Shown one piece after another: positions 47,433 through 58,204 of a DNA stretch of 60,230 nucleotides. The DNA is from Patescibacteria group bacterium. Lineage in GTDB: Bacteria; Patescibacteriota; Patescibacteriia; UBA9570; JAHJKD01. Position 1 is the first letter of the stretch, and every line of letters starts with the position of its first letter. The position numbers and the translations under genes are program-made. Under the pieces are notes generated by a model that made no database searches, was not told the origin of the DNA, and saw only the letters and a program-made list of their open reading frames with translations. The stretch lies in the NCBI GenBank assembly GCA_043798935.1, contig JAZDOC010000005.1, positions 1 to 60,230 of the forward strand, written 5' to 3'.

Positions 47433-48512
47433 ATGGAAGACCTTACAAAACATATAACCAAATTAAAAATCGAATTAAATGAATTGGAAGCGCAATTGCA
47501 AAATCCTGATATTATTAGTGACCAAAAAAAATATAAAACCGCGGCTAGAGCATATGAAGATGTTAACGCACAATTAGATGATTTTAACTTGATGAGCAAT
47601 ATTGAAAAAGCTTTGGGTGAAGCCCAACAAATTCTTAATGATGAGACCGATTCGGAGATGCGTTTAATGGCCGAAGAAGAAGTTGTCCGATTAGAAACTG
47701 AAAAAAATAATCTGGGGAAAAAGATTAAAATTTCTCTTATCCCCAAAGACCCCTTAGATGAAAAAGATATTATTATTGAAATTCGTGCCGGTGCCGGGGG
47801 TGATGAAGCGGCTTTGTTTGCGGCTAACTTATTTCGAATGTACACTCGGTATGCCGAAAATCATAAATGGTCAACCAGTATTTTAAGCAGTAATCGCATT
47901 GGCATTGGTGGTTTTAAAGAAGTTATTTTTGAAATTACCGGCTTAGGTGTTTATAGCCAATTGAAATACGAAAGTGGCGTACACCGTGTTCAGCGTGTTC
48001 CGGAAACTGAAAAATCCGGTCGCATCCATACTTCCACGGCCACAGTAGCAGTTTTACCCCAGGCTGAAGATATTGAAATTGATATTAAAGACGCCGATGT
48101 CAGAATTGATGTTTTTCGAGCGGGTGGAAACGGCGGTCAATGTGTTAACACAACAGATTCAGCTGTCCGTATTACTCACTTGCCTTCGGGTTTAGTAGTG
48201 ACCTGCCAAGATGAAAAATCGCAGCATAAAAATAAAGCTAAAGCTTTTACGGTTTTAAAAACCAGACTATTGGCTTTAAAACAAGAAGCCGAAGTAAAAA
48301 AATTAGGTGATGCCAGACGAAGCCAAATCGGTAGCGGCGACCGATCGGAAAAAATCCGCACCTATAATTATCCGCAGGATCGAATTACAGATCATCGGAT
48401 TAAACAAAGCTGGCATGAAATTGAAAATGTTTTAAATGGAGATTTGGATAAAATAATCGATGCTATTAAAGAAGAAGATTATCAGAGAATCGTTGCTCAA
48501 TCACAGGCTTAA
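47433..48512 (+). CDS. prfA: Peptide chain release factor 1
   Basis: [25 protein letters not shown] (GGQ motif) and overall RF1 architecture. Confidence 0.95.
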   Translation: MEDLTKHITKLKIELNELEAQLQNPDIISDQKKYKTAARAYEDVNAQLDDFNLMSNIEKALGEAQQILNDETDSEMRLMAEEEVVRLETEKNNLGKKIKISLIPKDPLDEKDIIIEIRAGAGGDEAALFAANLFRMYTRYAENHKWSTSILSSNRIGIGGFKEVIFEITGLGVYSQLKYESGVHRVQRVPETEKSGRIHTSTATVAVLPQAEDIEIDIKDADVRIDVFRAGGNGGQCVNTTDSAVRITHLPSGLVVTCQDEKSQHKNKAKAFTVLKTRLLALKQEAEVKKLGDARRSQIGSGDRSEKIRTYNYPQDRITDHRIKQSWHEIENVLNGDLDKIIDAIKEEDYQRIVAQSQA

Positions 48513-48517
48513 TTAGC

Positions 48518-49489
48518 ATGAAAAAAATTTTAATATCTTTCTGGATTTTTGCAACCACCATATTAATTGGTACTGGTTGTAATTTTACTTCATCAGATAA
48601 TGTTGAACTGATAAACATCAACGAGATGGATCTTTTTAATATTTATATTGATACTTTAAATTCAAATCAAAAACAAATTAAATCTCTGCAGGCAAACTAT
48701 GAAAATCGCATTCCTTTAGAAATTAACAGTAATGATGATGTAAATATGGATGATGTGGATTTAACACCCTTAGCTAATGTGCTAACCGAGACCCAAACAA
48801 ATTTACTCGATAAAAATTATAAAATTGCTGATGCTCTGAAACAGACAGTTCTAGAAAATTTATTAAAACAATACTTAAACTCGGGCCAAGAATATATTAA
48901 TGTTTATACTCAAATTATTAATTATTATCATGGTGATTATCAGAATAATTTAGAAAAATCAGTTCAGCTCGAAACAGATTTACAAGATGTATACACTAAT
49001 GTTGAAGATCTTGAAAATAATATTTACGATCAAATTAAAGAATACCAACAAACATCTGATTACAAAGTTGAAATTAATAGTGAAAACCCACTGGAAAAAA
49101 TTAATGCCGCCATCGAGTTGTTTACCGGGCAGGTTGAAGAAATATATTCAGCTTATATGAACCAATGGCAAATCAATAACCCGCCGGATGAAATTGAACA
49201 AAAATATTTGCTATTAAAAGATGAACGTGAAAAAATAGTTGCTTCTTTAGAATTAGCTGATTATTCCGACGCTTACGTTTATCCCATCAAACAATATTTT
49301 GATAATGAATATCTTTCTACTCTCGATGCTTATTTAGAAGCTCTTAACATCGTAATTAATGATTATCCAAAAGGATTAGTTGCCTTAGATAGCATCGAAA
49401 GTTATGATAAAGTAATTCAGTCGACTTACGAAGAAGTTATAAAAGCACACAACCAAATTATTTCTCTTACTCAAGAAATTCTAAATTAA
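48518..49489 (+). CDS. Lipoprotein, unknown function, inserted between prfA and prmC
   Basis: Signal peptide with lipobox LIGTGC. Asn/Glu/Gln-rich helical protein. Confidence 0.5.
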   Translation: MKKILISFWIFATTILIGTGCNFTSSDNVELININEMDLFNIYIDTLNSNQKQIKSLQANYENRIPLEINSNDDVNMDDVDLTPLANVLTETQTNLLDKNYKIADALKQTVLENLLKQYLNSGQEYINVYTQIINYYHGDYQNNLEKSVQLETDLQDVYTNVEDLENNIYDQIKEYQQTSDYKVEINSENPLEKINAAIELFTGQVEEIYSAYMNQWQINNPPDEIEQKYLLLKDEREKIVASLELADYSDAYVYPIKQYFDNEYLSTLDAYLEALNIVINDYPKGLVALDSIESYDKVIQSTYEEVIKAHNQIISLTQEILN

Positions 49490-49500
49490 TAAATATATTT

Positions 49501-50331
49501 ATGAATATTAAAAACACATTATTTTACACAGCTTCTAAATTACATAAATATTCACCCACGTCAGATTTAGATGCTGAAATTTTTGTTAGTTTTGTAATTT
49601 CTAAACCACGGGAATTTTTATATACTTATCCGGAAAAAGAATTAACCGCCTTTCAGTTAAAAAAACTTAATCAATTCATTGATCGTCGCTTAAATAATGA
49701 GCCAGTGGCATACATCGTGGGCCAAAAAGAATTTTATGGTTTAGATTTTATTGTGAATAAAAACGTTTTAATCCCCCGCCCGGATACGGAAATCCTAGTA
49801 GACCAAATATTAAAAATTAAAAATGATAAATTTAAAATGATCGATATGGGAACAGGTTCGGGGTGCGTTGCCATTGCCTTAAAAAAATTATTGCCTCAGG
49901 CTAATATAATTGCTTCCGACATTTCAAATTCGGCCTTAACCATCGCTCGTAAAAACGCCAAATTTAATCTATGTGATATTAAATTTTACTGTTCTGATTT
50001 GTTCGATAAAATCCCTCAAAATATATATCATAATAATTTTGATATCATTATTTTCAATCCGCCGTATCTTACTAAAAATGAAGCTAAGAAAAAAAATTTA
50101 AAGCACGAACCACAAATTGCGCTAACGCCGAAAAATTTTACTGCCCTTATTAATAAATTCTTTTTACAATCAAAAAGCTTTATTTCTAACGACGGTTATT
50201 TTTTCATTGAAATTGGACATCGCCAAGCAAGCTTAATTAAAAAAATTGCTTTGCGGTATTGCCCAAAAGCTAAAATAGTTGTTATTAAAGATTTAGGTGG
50301 GTTTGATCGAGTTGTTAAAATAAAAATTTAA
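49501..50331 (+). CDS. prmC: Release factor glutamine N5-methyltransferase (HemK)
   Basis: LIPRPDTE, DMGTGSGC, IIFNPPYL. Confidence 0.85.
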   Translation: MNIKNTLFYTASKLHKYSPTSDLDAEIFVSFVISKPREFLYTYPEKELTAFQLKKLNQFIDRRLNNEPVAYIVGQKEFYGLDFIVNKNVLIPRPDTEILVDQILKIKNDKFKMIDMGTGSGCVAIALKKLLPQANIIASDISNSALTIARKNAKFNLCDIKFYCSDLFDKIPQNIYHNNFDIIIFNPPYLTKNEAKKKNLKHEPQIALTPKNFTALINKFFLQSKSFISNDGYFFIEIGHRQASLIKKIALRYCPKAKIVVIKDLGGFDRVVKIKI

Positions 50332-50376
50332 TCTTTCAATTTTAAATTGATTTATAATTGATTATTTAAAATTTAT

Positions 50377-51525
50377 CTATCTAACAAAGTCTTTATAATC
50401 TTTAAATTTCCAATTTTCAGCGTTGCAAGAAGAATTTTTAGCCGGGCCAATACGAAGTTTTTTGTTACTTCTCATTTTAATTAAAAAAACTTGGCTGCTA
50501 GCCTCATAGCAATAAAGTTTATTGTTAGGCCTTACTTCATTAAATTTACGGTCAATAAATTCGCTCTCCTGTGGTGAAAATGTATATGCGCCAGCGCTAA
50601 TGCCTTTATTTTTTAGAGCCTGGCCCACGGAAATAACACTTAATTCCGGATGGTTATTATCGCTTATTAGCGCTAACTGATAATCTTCGTCCCAATTTGT
50701 GCCACTGGCTTTTTTATTAAACCATACTCCTTTGGCTCTCTTTTTCATATCCTGAACATATTTTCCACAAATTGGTTTTTTTGTCCGTAAAATTTTGTTT
50801 TGTAATAATGTTTTTTTTGCGCTACCGAAGTAATCGACCGGACAGACAATTTTATTTCTGCCTTCATACCAATAAGATGGGCTGGCAAATTTTAAATTTT
50901 TAATTCTGTAATCTTTTAAAGTTAAATCTAGCGCGTATTGACCTTGGTTGCCACCGGCAGTTCCGATCTTTTTGCCCTTTTTGATTTTTACACTTAACTG
51001 CTTATTACAACGCTGATATTCACTGTCCCCAGCCCAATATGTGAAACAGTCTCCCTCGGCTCGGTTAAACGCATCGGCTAATTTATTGCTTAAAGAAGAT
51101 ACATGACCAAATGAACCCACTACTTCGCTACACGGGCTAAATTCAATATCATAGTCTGTAAAAACCGGATCAGCTGATAAATGGGTACTGGAAGAAATGC
51201 TAGTTATCCAAATCCTACCAGGAGCGTACAGGTTTGTGGTTAAAGGCACTCCATAATATTCGCCTTCACCTTGCTTTAAATAAAAATATATATGATCAGT
51301 TGGTAAAACATGCCCGCCGGTAGGATTAAGATTGCCCAGAGGCACTATTTCATTTATATTGCTGTAAGCAACCGGATAGCGCGAAAATAGAGAATAATCA
51401 TCTTGGCAAGACGGAATTTCACTAGCCGTAGTCAATTTAATATTTAATAAAAAAACAAATAAAAAAGTAACCAAGATTAATAATATTCTGGAATTTAACG
51501 AATTGATTAATGATTTTTTATTCAT
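50377..51525 (-). CDS. Secreted hypothetical protein
   Basis: Signal peptide/TM at the N-terminus. 382 aa, several Cys. No family recognised. Confidence 0.45.
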   Translation of the reverse strand: MNKKSLINSLNSRILLILVTFLFVFLLNIKLTTASEIPSCQDDYSLFSRYPVAYSNINEIVPLGNLNPTGGHVLPTDHIYFYLKQGEGEYYGVPLTTNLYAPGRIWITSISSSTHLSADPVFTDYDIEFSPCSEVVGSFGHVSSLSNKLADAFNRAEGDCFTYWAGDSEYQRCNKQLSVKIKKGKKIGTAGGNQGQYALDLTLKDYRIKNLKFASPSYWYEGRNKIVCPVDYFGSAKKTLLQNKILRTKKPICGKYVQDMKKRAKGVWFNKKASGTNWDEDYQLALISDNNHPELSVISVGQALKNKGISAGAYTFSPQESEFIDRKFNEVRPNNKLYCYEASSQVFLIKMRSNKKLRIGPAKNSSCNAENWKFKDYKDFVR

Positions 51526-51572
51526 AAAATAAATTAATATTTATAAATTAATTATATCAGAGCATTGCCAAA

Positions 51573-52100
51573 ATGTCGCGCACCTTTTATAATCAGCTCA
51601 TGAGATTACCAAACAGACAACCTGGAAAATATACATTTCAAACTTACGACAAAAACCTGACTCAAGAAAAATTTGATGAACTGCAAAGTAAGTTAGAAAG
51701 AATTATTAAAATTACCCGCCCCCAAGCAATTAAAGATGTTAAACTATATGCCCAAAATGGGGATTTTTCTGAAAATGCTGAATACCAAATTGCAAAAAGT
51801 AGGCTTCGTGGCCTTAACCGTGCCATCGATGAAATTCGCGAACAATTAAAGGATGTTCATATCATACAACCGTCAAAAAATACGAATACGGTTCAATTGG
51901 GGCACAAAGTAAAAATAAGTTCTAATAACAAAGAATTCACTTTTCAAATTTTAGGGTCCTCTGAAACAAACCCATCGACCGGGATCATCTCATATAGCTC
52001 TCCTATCGGTTCGGCTCTAATGGGGAAAAAAGTTGGTGATATTGTCCAAATTAAAATTCAAGATAAAACCATAGAATATACAATTTTAAATATCGAGTGA
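51573..52100 (+). CDS. greA: Transcription elongation factor GreA
   Basis: GDFSENAEYQIAKSRL coiled-coil tip, and a C-terminal ISYSSPIGSALMGKKVGD. Confidence 0.85.
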   Translation: MSRTFYNQLMRLPNRQPGKYTFQTYDKNLTQEKFDELQSKLERIIKITRPQAIKDVKLYAQNGDFSENAEYQIAKSRLRGLNRAIDEIREQLKDVHIIQPSKNTNTVQLGHKVKISSNNKEFTFQILGSSETNPSTGIISYSSPIGSALMGKKVGDIVQIKIQDKTIEYTILNIE

Positions 52101-52109
52101 TATTTAAAG

Positions 52110-53780
52110 TTATATTTTAAAAACTGCCCAGTGCATCTTTCGATAATCCACGGGTGAAAATTTGTCTTTAAATTGGAATAAGCCGGAAGTTTCCGATCCA
52201 CCAAGATTTAAATATTTATAGCCTTTTGCATAGAGCATTTTGCAAATATAAATTATCAGATATTCAGATAAATATGAGTACTCTTGATATAAAGTAATAT
52301 TAGCATACAAACCGACAGTATCGTATGTTATTTTTTCAGCTGCGAAGAATGCACACGGTTTTTTATCAATATATATTATTTGAGTAAAATAATTTCGTCC
52401 ATTTGTTCCTATTGGAGGGCAATATATTAAATTTGAATAATCACTCGGTGTTGATATGTGCATCTCTTTAATTTCTAAATATTCAAAAAATTGATTCACT
52501 AAATTTTGTGCTTCAGAATAGTTTAATGGTTCAAGATTTTTTGAGCTAATACAATCCTTATACTTTGAAATAAATCGAAGATATTTATCTTTTAATTCGC
52601 CTCTGCCCGGATTTTCAATTTCTTTAATTATTTTTTTTATCTCTATTGTTTGTTCAGGAAAAGTATCATCTTCTTCCATGGCTTGAGAATGCCAAGAATA
52701 TTGTTCTATAGAAGAAAAGCCAACGTTAAATAAAATATCAGTTTGACTTTTATTGATTTTTTTTATATATACCGGATTACCGCTTATTTCCATCATTACT
52801 GTTGCTAAACTACGTAATTTCTCCTCTTCAAATTTTCCCATTGGATGAACTATATGAAAATGCCAACCGCCGCCTAAACTTACTCGATTAAAAATACCAA
52901 TCGTAGCTAACATTTCACCATCAAAATATTTTAACCCTAATTTATCAGGGCCTAAACCATTAGCAGCTTGACAGAGATAATAAAAACTATTTCCATAAGT
53001 ATTGTGTTTTTCTTTTGTTAAGAAATTTCTGAATAATTTTGTATCTTTTGATGTAATAAAAGATACACGACCGCCAAATCGACGTAATATTGTCTCCTGC
53101 AATCTATCGCGTTCATCCTCGGTTACCTTTTTTTTTGGTGGTACTTTAGCTCGTTCCCAAATAAACAAAAACTGTTTTCTGTAAGCATCGGCTAGTGCAA
53201 AATTCTCTATAATCACTACTTGCTGAGGTGGACCCCAAACAATAATAGCAAGTTTATTGCCATAAACATAAATCGGAGTGGGATTAAACATATTTTCAGG
53301 CACCCAACGATAAATAGATTGCGGACCGGAAAAAAAATTAATATCACCATCTCGCGAAAGAAGTCTTTCCTTTATTTTTGCTTTCGTTAAGCGTCTGATG
53401 TGAGCCATGATAAGTTTTTTATTCAACTTTAAAAACTTGCTCTCATCAATTCCACTTATAAATACCTCTCCTTTGTTTTTTAATAATGTAAAATAAACAT
53501 CATCTAATAACTTTGAAATACAGTCTTCTTCATTCAAAATTTTAACTATACTAGACTGACTTGTAATATTCTCCATTTGAACTTCTAGTGCATGAGAAAT
53601 TTTTTCAATAATATTAATAGATGGGTTCTTAACAGCTCCTGATTCAATTTTTATCAATGAAGAATAAGATATTCCAGCTTTATGAGCTAAAAATTCTTGA
53701 GTGTAATTATTTATATTACGAAGTTCTTTTATCCGGCTCCCAATGTTAATATCAGTCTTATCATTTATCATATTTACCAA
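52110..53780 (-). CDS. Fusion protein: N-terminal XRE helix-turn-helix, a middle domain of unknown function, and a C-terminal DUF2156-like domain (phosphatidylglycerol lysyltransferase C-terminal/GNAT-like fold)
   Basis: HTH: IKELRNINNYTQEFLAHKAGISYSSLIKIESG. The C-terminal end, YKYLNLGGSETSGLFQFKDKFSP, resembles the DUF2156/LPG_synthase_C terminus. The domain call is from memory, not from a search. Confidence 0.55.
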   Translation of the reverse strand: MVNMINDKTDINIGSRIKELRNINNYTQEFLAHKAGISYSSLIKIESGAVKNPSINIIEKISHALEVQMENITSQSSIVKILNEEDCISKLLDDVYFTLLKNKGEVFISGIDESKFLKLNKKLIMAHIRRLTKAKIKERLLSRDGDINFFSGPQSIYRWVPENMFNPTPIYVYGNKLAIIVWGPPQQVVIIENFALADAYRKQFLFIWERAKVPPKKKVTEDERDRLQETILRRFGGRVSFITSKDTKLFRNFLTKEKHNTYGNSFYYLCQAANGLGPDKLGLKYFDGEMLATIGIFNRVSLGGGWHFHIVHPMGKFEEEKLRSLATVMMEISGNPVYIKKINKSQTDILFNVGFSSIEQYSWHSQAMEEDDTFPEQTIEIKKIIKEIENPGRGELKDKYLRFISKYKDCISSKNLEPLNYSEAQNLVNQFFEYLEIKEMHISTPSDYSNLIYCPPIGTNGRNYFTQIIYIDKKPCAFFAAEKITYDTVGLYANITLYQEYSYLSEYLIIYICKMLYAKGYKYLNLGGSETSGLFQFKDKFSPVDYRKMHWAVFKI

Positions 53781-53930
53781 ATTTTATTAATAAAATATTA
53801 TTATCCTAATTTTATTACCCCAATATTAATTGCCGAATAATAATAACCATTTATTACTGGTTTAATACTACTAACCTAATAATACAATTTATACTTAATA
53901 AATCAACTTTTTTTGTGAATAACTTCTCTT

Positions 53931-54779
53931 TTAGAATAATCTGCTTTTCAGGTTATACAGAATAATATCTAGCAACACAAAAATTCCAAAAGCTAAAATA
54001 ATATAATAATTTGTAATAGGCAGATAAATAATAGCTGATAATGAAAATGCATGAAAAAATAATCTTATTATCCAGAAAAAATAATGTTCTTCTGTTTTAT
54101 GCATGACAAATGATTTATTGTATTTATATTTTTCATATAGAGCGATTATGTATGCTAGGATAAAAAAAACAAAGATAAATATAATTTGTCCTGATTTACT
54201 AAATGCAAAATAATTAACCGTGTTTTGATAACCACCAATAATTATTAATGAGACAAGATAAGAAAAAATTGGTACTAAATAGAATAATTTATTATTTTTC
54301 CAAACATGATAAAAACTTAAAAATATAATTGTCACTACAAACCAACCTAGGTAATTAACCGCCGGCACACCAAAAAAACCATCGTTCAATGAATAACCTA
54401 TCCAATGCCAAAAATTTAATCGAATAGCAAAGATGTCGATAGACAAATCCACTAGAACCACAGACAATGTTGATAAAAAAATATTTTTCCAGGCACTAAT
54501 TTTAAAATTACTCTGCCAAAAATAATAACTACTAGTAATTAAAAGTGCCCAGGATAAGATTACAAATAAAGGTGTGTCAAATACAAATAATTTAAAATTA
54601 GTATCATAATAATAGCCGGCTTCCAAACCACGGCTCAGATACATGTTGAAATTTTCAAAAATTATAGCGTACAGTGCGGCCAGCAACAGCATTTTTCTGT
54701 GCGCCCAATCAAAATAAAAAAAACCGGCCACAAATAGCAGGGTTATCACAATATTTATTATTAAATATATGCCAGTCAT
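53931..54779 (-). CDS. Polytopic integral membrane protein (possibly DUF422/carotenoid-biosynthesis-like)
   Basis: About 9 hydrophobic helices. The GVPAVNYLGWFVV motif is the only family hint. Confidence 0.4.
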   Translation of the reverse strand: MTGIYLIINIVITLLFVAGFFYFDWAHRKMLLLAALYAIIFENFNMYLSRGLEAGYYYDTNFKLFVFDTPLFVILSWALLITSSYYFWQSNFKISAWKNIFLSTLSVVLVDLSIDIFAIRLNFWHWIGYSLNDGFFGVPAVNYLGWFVVTIIFLSFYHVWKNNKLFYLVPIFSYLVSLIIIGGYQNTVNYFAFSKSGQIIFIFVFFILAYIIALYEKYKYNKSFVMHKTEEHYFFWIIRLFFHAFSLSAIIYLPITNYYIILAFGIFVLLDIILYNLKSRLF

Positions 54780-54998
54780 TTAATTTAAATTTTAGTTATT
54801 CAAATTCATTTCAAAAATTTTATAAAAACAACATAAAACTATCATTATTTTACAAATGGGTCAATGCTTAAAAATTTTAATTTATGGGTGTGGGCGTAAT
54901 ATTTTATAAACTGCTTATTATTGAACCTGCTAGAATACTAGACAAAAAGTAAAAAAACTGATATAATTATATTAATCAAGTTAAATAATATTACTTTC

Positions 54999-57185
54999 AT
55001 GATTAGCCAAAAGAAAGCTTTACTTATTCGCTTTCCACTTACTTCCATCGAAAACCATATCGATAAATTCGATAAGCTTTTTCATAATCTTTATTATTTA
55101 CTGCTTCAAGAAGATGGCCTGCATAACAGCGTAAGTTGTGAAATTATTATTATTAAAAATAAAATTAATTTTTACATCACTACGCCAGAAACTTTGGCTG
55201 AGCCAATTACGAATGTAGTTTTTGGTTTATTTCCGGAAATTGAAATAGATAAAATGAATAATTTTTTAAACATTGAAAAAGCTCCTGATCGGGCAATTGG
55301 TTATGGCATGAAATTACTCCAGGATGAAATGTATGCAATTAGAACTTTTCAGCAATCAGCTCCGCATGACCCATTAAGCTCTTTTCTAAATATCTTAGCC
55401 ACCGTACCGGCTACAGATGCTTTATTTTACCAAATAGTCTTTGAACCGGCTCATGATGAGATGAACACGGAAAACTCTGGATTATTCTACGGTGAAACTA
55501 AACGAAGCAGTGAGGCTGTTGACCAGCCAAAAGTAAACGCCTCTATGAGATTCATTTATCTTTTTCCTCAAGGTCGAAAAGATAAAGCATTGATTAAAAT
55601 TGAAGAAATTAAAAAAACATTTGATGTTTATTCAACTGAAAAAAATAAAATCGTTTTCAAGGAAGCGCAAAATATTCAAACATTTATTAAAGATTTTTTT
55701 GATCGAAAATTGAATCGTGACGTTGTTTTAACTCGTGAAGAATTAACCTCGCTTTTTCATATTCCGGATCCGGCTTTAAGAATGCCAGCTATTGATTGGA
55801 TTCTTTCCAAACGCGCTCAACCCCCTTTTAACTTACCCACGCCATATAATTCCGAGCCGGGTGAAGCCAGCTATTTTGCAACTACAAACTTTCGTGGCTC
55901 TAATATTTTGTTTGGTATCAAACGTGAAGACCGCCGACGTCATTTATATATTATCGGTAAGTCTGGCGTTGGTAAATCTAAATTACTGGAAGGTTTAATT
56001 CTAGATGATATCAGAGACGGCAAAGGCGTTTGTGTAATGGACCCTCATGGAGACCTTATTCAAAATATTATTAAATTTATTCCAGAAGAACGAGTTAAAG
56101 ACACAATTTATTTTAATGTTCCCGAGCTGGATTGGCCAGTTGCTTTTAACCCATTAGAAGGCATCTCGCTCGACATGAAACAGCAAATGACACAAGGGTT
56201 TATTGAAGTATTTAAGAAATTCTTCGGAGCAGACTGGTCGCCAAAAATCGAACATGTATTTCGGTTTACAGTACTCGCGCTTTTAGACTGCGAAAAATCA
56301 ACGGTTGTCGGCATGATGAAAATGCTTACTAACCGAAAATATCGTCAGACTATTATCCCCCAAATTCAAGATAGTGTAGTAAAACATTTCTGGGCAAATG
56401 AATTTTCTTCTTGGTCAGAAAAATTCGATAATGAAGCTATCTTGCCATTAGTAAATAAACTGGGGCAATTTTTATCTAATAATATTATTCGTAATATTGT
56501 AGCCCAGCCGGAAAACACAATCGATTTTAATGACGTATTAAATAATGAAAAAGTTCTTTTGATCGAAATGAGCAAAGGTAAATTGGGCGAGGAAAACTCG
56601 AACTTGCTTGGCGCGATGTTGATTACAAAAATTTATCAGACTGCCATGGAAAGAGCGAAAATTCCAGAAGCCGAGCGTAAAGAATTTTATTTATATATTG
56701 ATGAGTTCCAAAATTTCGCCACCGAAACATTTGAAAATATCTTGTCTGAGTCGAGAAAATACAAATTAAATCTTACTTTGTCACATCAATATTTAGCCCA
56801 GGTTCCGGCCGCTATTAAAGGCACTGTGTTTGGCAATGTAGGCAGTATGATATCTTTTAGAGTCGGTGCTGATGACGGCACTTATTTATCTAATGAGTAT
56901 CATCCAATTTTTGCAGTTGATGATTTTATTAACCTGGGTGTTAGAGAAATTCTAGTTAAAATGAGTGTTGAAGGAGCTACTACTCCTCCATTTTCAGCCC
57001 GCACCAAAGACGTTCCATTTATTCCCGAAAAAGATATGAGCCAAGCTGTTATCGATTACTCACATGAGCATTATGCCAAGAAACGTAAAGTTGTTGATGC
57101 CATGGTAGCTGAACTTTATAATGCCTCTGAAGATACTAATCCCGTAGCCGGACAGGAAGAAGAATTCGAACAACCGATTGTTTAA
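54999..57185 (+). CDS. VirD4/TraD/TrwB-like (type IV coupling protein/HerA-FtsK superfamily) P-loop ATPase with an N-terminal domain of about 300 aa and unknown function
   Basis: Walker A IIGKSGVGKSKLL, Walker B FYLYIDEFQNF, and a downstream LTLSHQY motif. No TM segment is evident. Confidence 0.65.
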   Translation: MISQKKALLIRFPLTSIENHIDKFDKLFHNLYYLLLQEDGLHNSVSCEIIIIKNKINFYITTPETLAEPITNVVFGLFPEIEIDKMNNFLNIEKAPDRAIGYGMKLLQDEMYAIRTFQQSAPHDPLSSFLNILATVPATDALFYQIVFEPAHDEMNTENSGLFYGETKRSSEAVDQPKVNASMRFIYLFPQGRKDKALIKIEEIKKTFDVYSTEKNKIVFKEAQNIQTFIKDFFDRKLNRDVVLTREELTSLFHIPDPALRMPAIDWILSKRAQPPFNLPTPYNSEPGEASYFATTNFRGSNILFGIKREDRRRHLYIIGKSGVGKSKLLEGLILDDIRDGKGVCVMDPHGDLIQNIIKFIPEERVKDTIYFNVPELDWPVAFNPLEGISLDMKQQMTQGFIEVFKKFFGADWSPKIEHVFRFTVLALLDCEKSTVVGMMKMLTNRKYRQTIIPQIQDSVVKHFWANEFSSWSEKFDNEAILPLVNKLGQFLSNNIIRNIVAQPENTIDFNDVLNNEKVLLIEMSKGKLGEENSNLLGAMLITKIYQTAMERAKIPEAERKEFYLYIDEFQNFATETFENILSESRKYKLNLTLSHQYLAQVPAAIKGTVFGNVGSMISFRVGADDGTYLSNEYHPIFAVDDFINLGVREILVKMSVEGATTPPFSARTKDVPFIPEKDMSQAVIDYSHEHYAKKRKVVDAMVAELYNASEDTNPVAGQEEEFEQPIV

Positions 57186-57202
57186 TCATTTATAATTACT
57201 CT

Positions 57203-57233
57203 AAGCCCCGGATGAATTCGGGACTTTTATTTT
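57203..57233. terminator. Convergent terminator between the ATPase gene and cysK
   Basis: AAGCCCCG-GATGAATT-CGGGACTT (one mismatch) followed by TTATTTT. Abuts the cysK stop codon. Confidence 0.5.
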
Positions 57234-58132
57234 AACAATTCTGATTTAAATAAATCAGTACTCAAATACTTTTCACCTCGATCGGGTAAAATAACCACGA
57301 TTGTTTTGTTTGTTAATTTTAAACTGATTTGTTTAGACACAAATAAACTTGCACCTGAACTCATGCCCACTAACAATCCTTCGTGAGTTGCAATCCATCT
57401 AGCCATATTATAAGCTTGTGGTGGCGAAACTAAATACTCTTTGTCTATCAAATTATTATTAAATATTGCCCCACTAAAATCGCGCTTAGGATTTTGAAGT
57501 CCTTGAATTTTATAACCAGGAGTTGGTATAACACCGATAATTTTCGTGTGAGGCGAATATTTTTTAAATCTATTTGCCAATCCCATTAGCGTTCCTGACG
57601 TCCCGCTACCAGCAATTAAATAATCAATTTTATTTACTTCATTTAATATTTCCTTAGCCGTATCATGATAATGTGCTCTAACGTTATCGGGATTATTGAA
57701 TTGATTTACAAACCAATATTTTTGCGGATATTTTTTTTCTAATTCCTTAGCTTTATCTATCGCACCACATGTACCAAATTTGGGATGAGTTAAAATTAAT
57801 GTGGCTCCCAATGCTTTTAGCATGGATTTTCTTTCGGCACTCATTCCGGCCGACATCACTATATGCACTTGATATTTTTTATAGGCCCCGATCATAGCCA
57901 GTGATATTCCCATATTACCGCTAGTCGCTTCTAATATAATCTTTCCGGGTTTAAGTTGTTTTCTTTTTTCTGCTTGCTTAATCATAAATAAAGCTACTCT
58001 GTCTTTAACGGACCCGCCTGGATTTTGCCCTTCTAATTTTGCTAAAATTTTTACTTGTTTATTATTAGACAAATTATTAAATTCAATCATTGGTGTATTG
58101 CCTATACTTTGAATTAAATTTTGATATTTCAT
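57227..58132 (-). CDS. cysK: Cysteine synthase (O-acetylserine sulfhydrylase, PLP-dependent)
   Basis: IGNTPMIE..., LEGQNPGGSVKDR (PLP Lys), EATSGNMGISLA, GSGTSGT. Confidence 0.88.
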   Translation of the reverse strand: MKYQNLIQSIGNTPMIEFNNLSNNKQVKILAKLEGQNPGGSVKDRVALFMIKQAEKRKQLKPGKIILEATSGNMGISLAMIGAYKKYQVHIVMSAGMSAERKSMLKALGATLILTHPKFGTCGAIDKAKELEKKYPQKYWFVNQFNNPDNVRAHYHDTAKEILNEVNKIDYLIAGSGTSGTLMGLANRFKKYSPHTKIIGVIPTPGYKIQGLQNPKRDFSGAIFNNNLIDKEYLVSPPQAYNMARWIATHEGLLVGMSSGASLFVSKQISLKLTNKTIVVILPDRGEKYLSTDLFKSELLK

Positions 58133-58148
58133 AAATGTAATTTTTAAA

Positions 58149-58174
58149 TAAAAAAATCTCGGTAAGGCCGAGAT
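58149..58174 (-). terminator. Intrinsic terminator in the cysK leader
   Basis: Minus strand: AUCUCGG-CCUUA-CCGAGAU followed by U7, ending 16 nt before the cysK ATG. Confidence 0.7.
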
Positions 58175-58204
58175 ATAATAAGATGTTGGATTGATATCGC
58201 TTCA

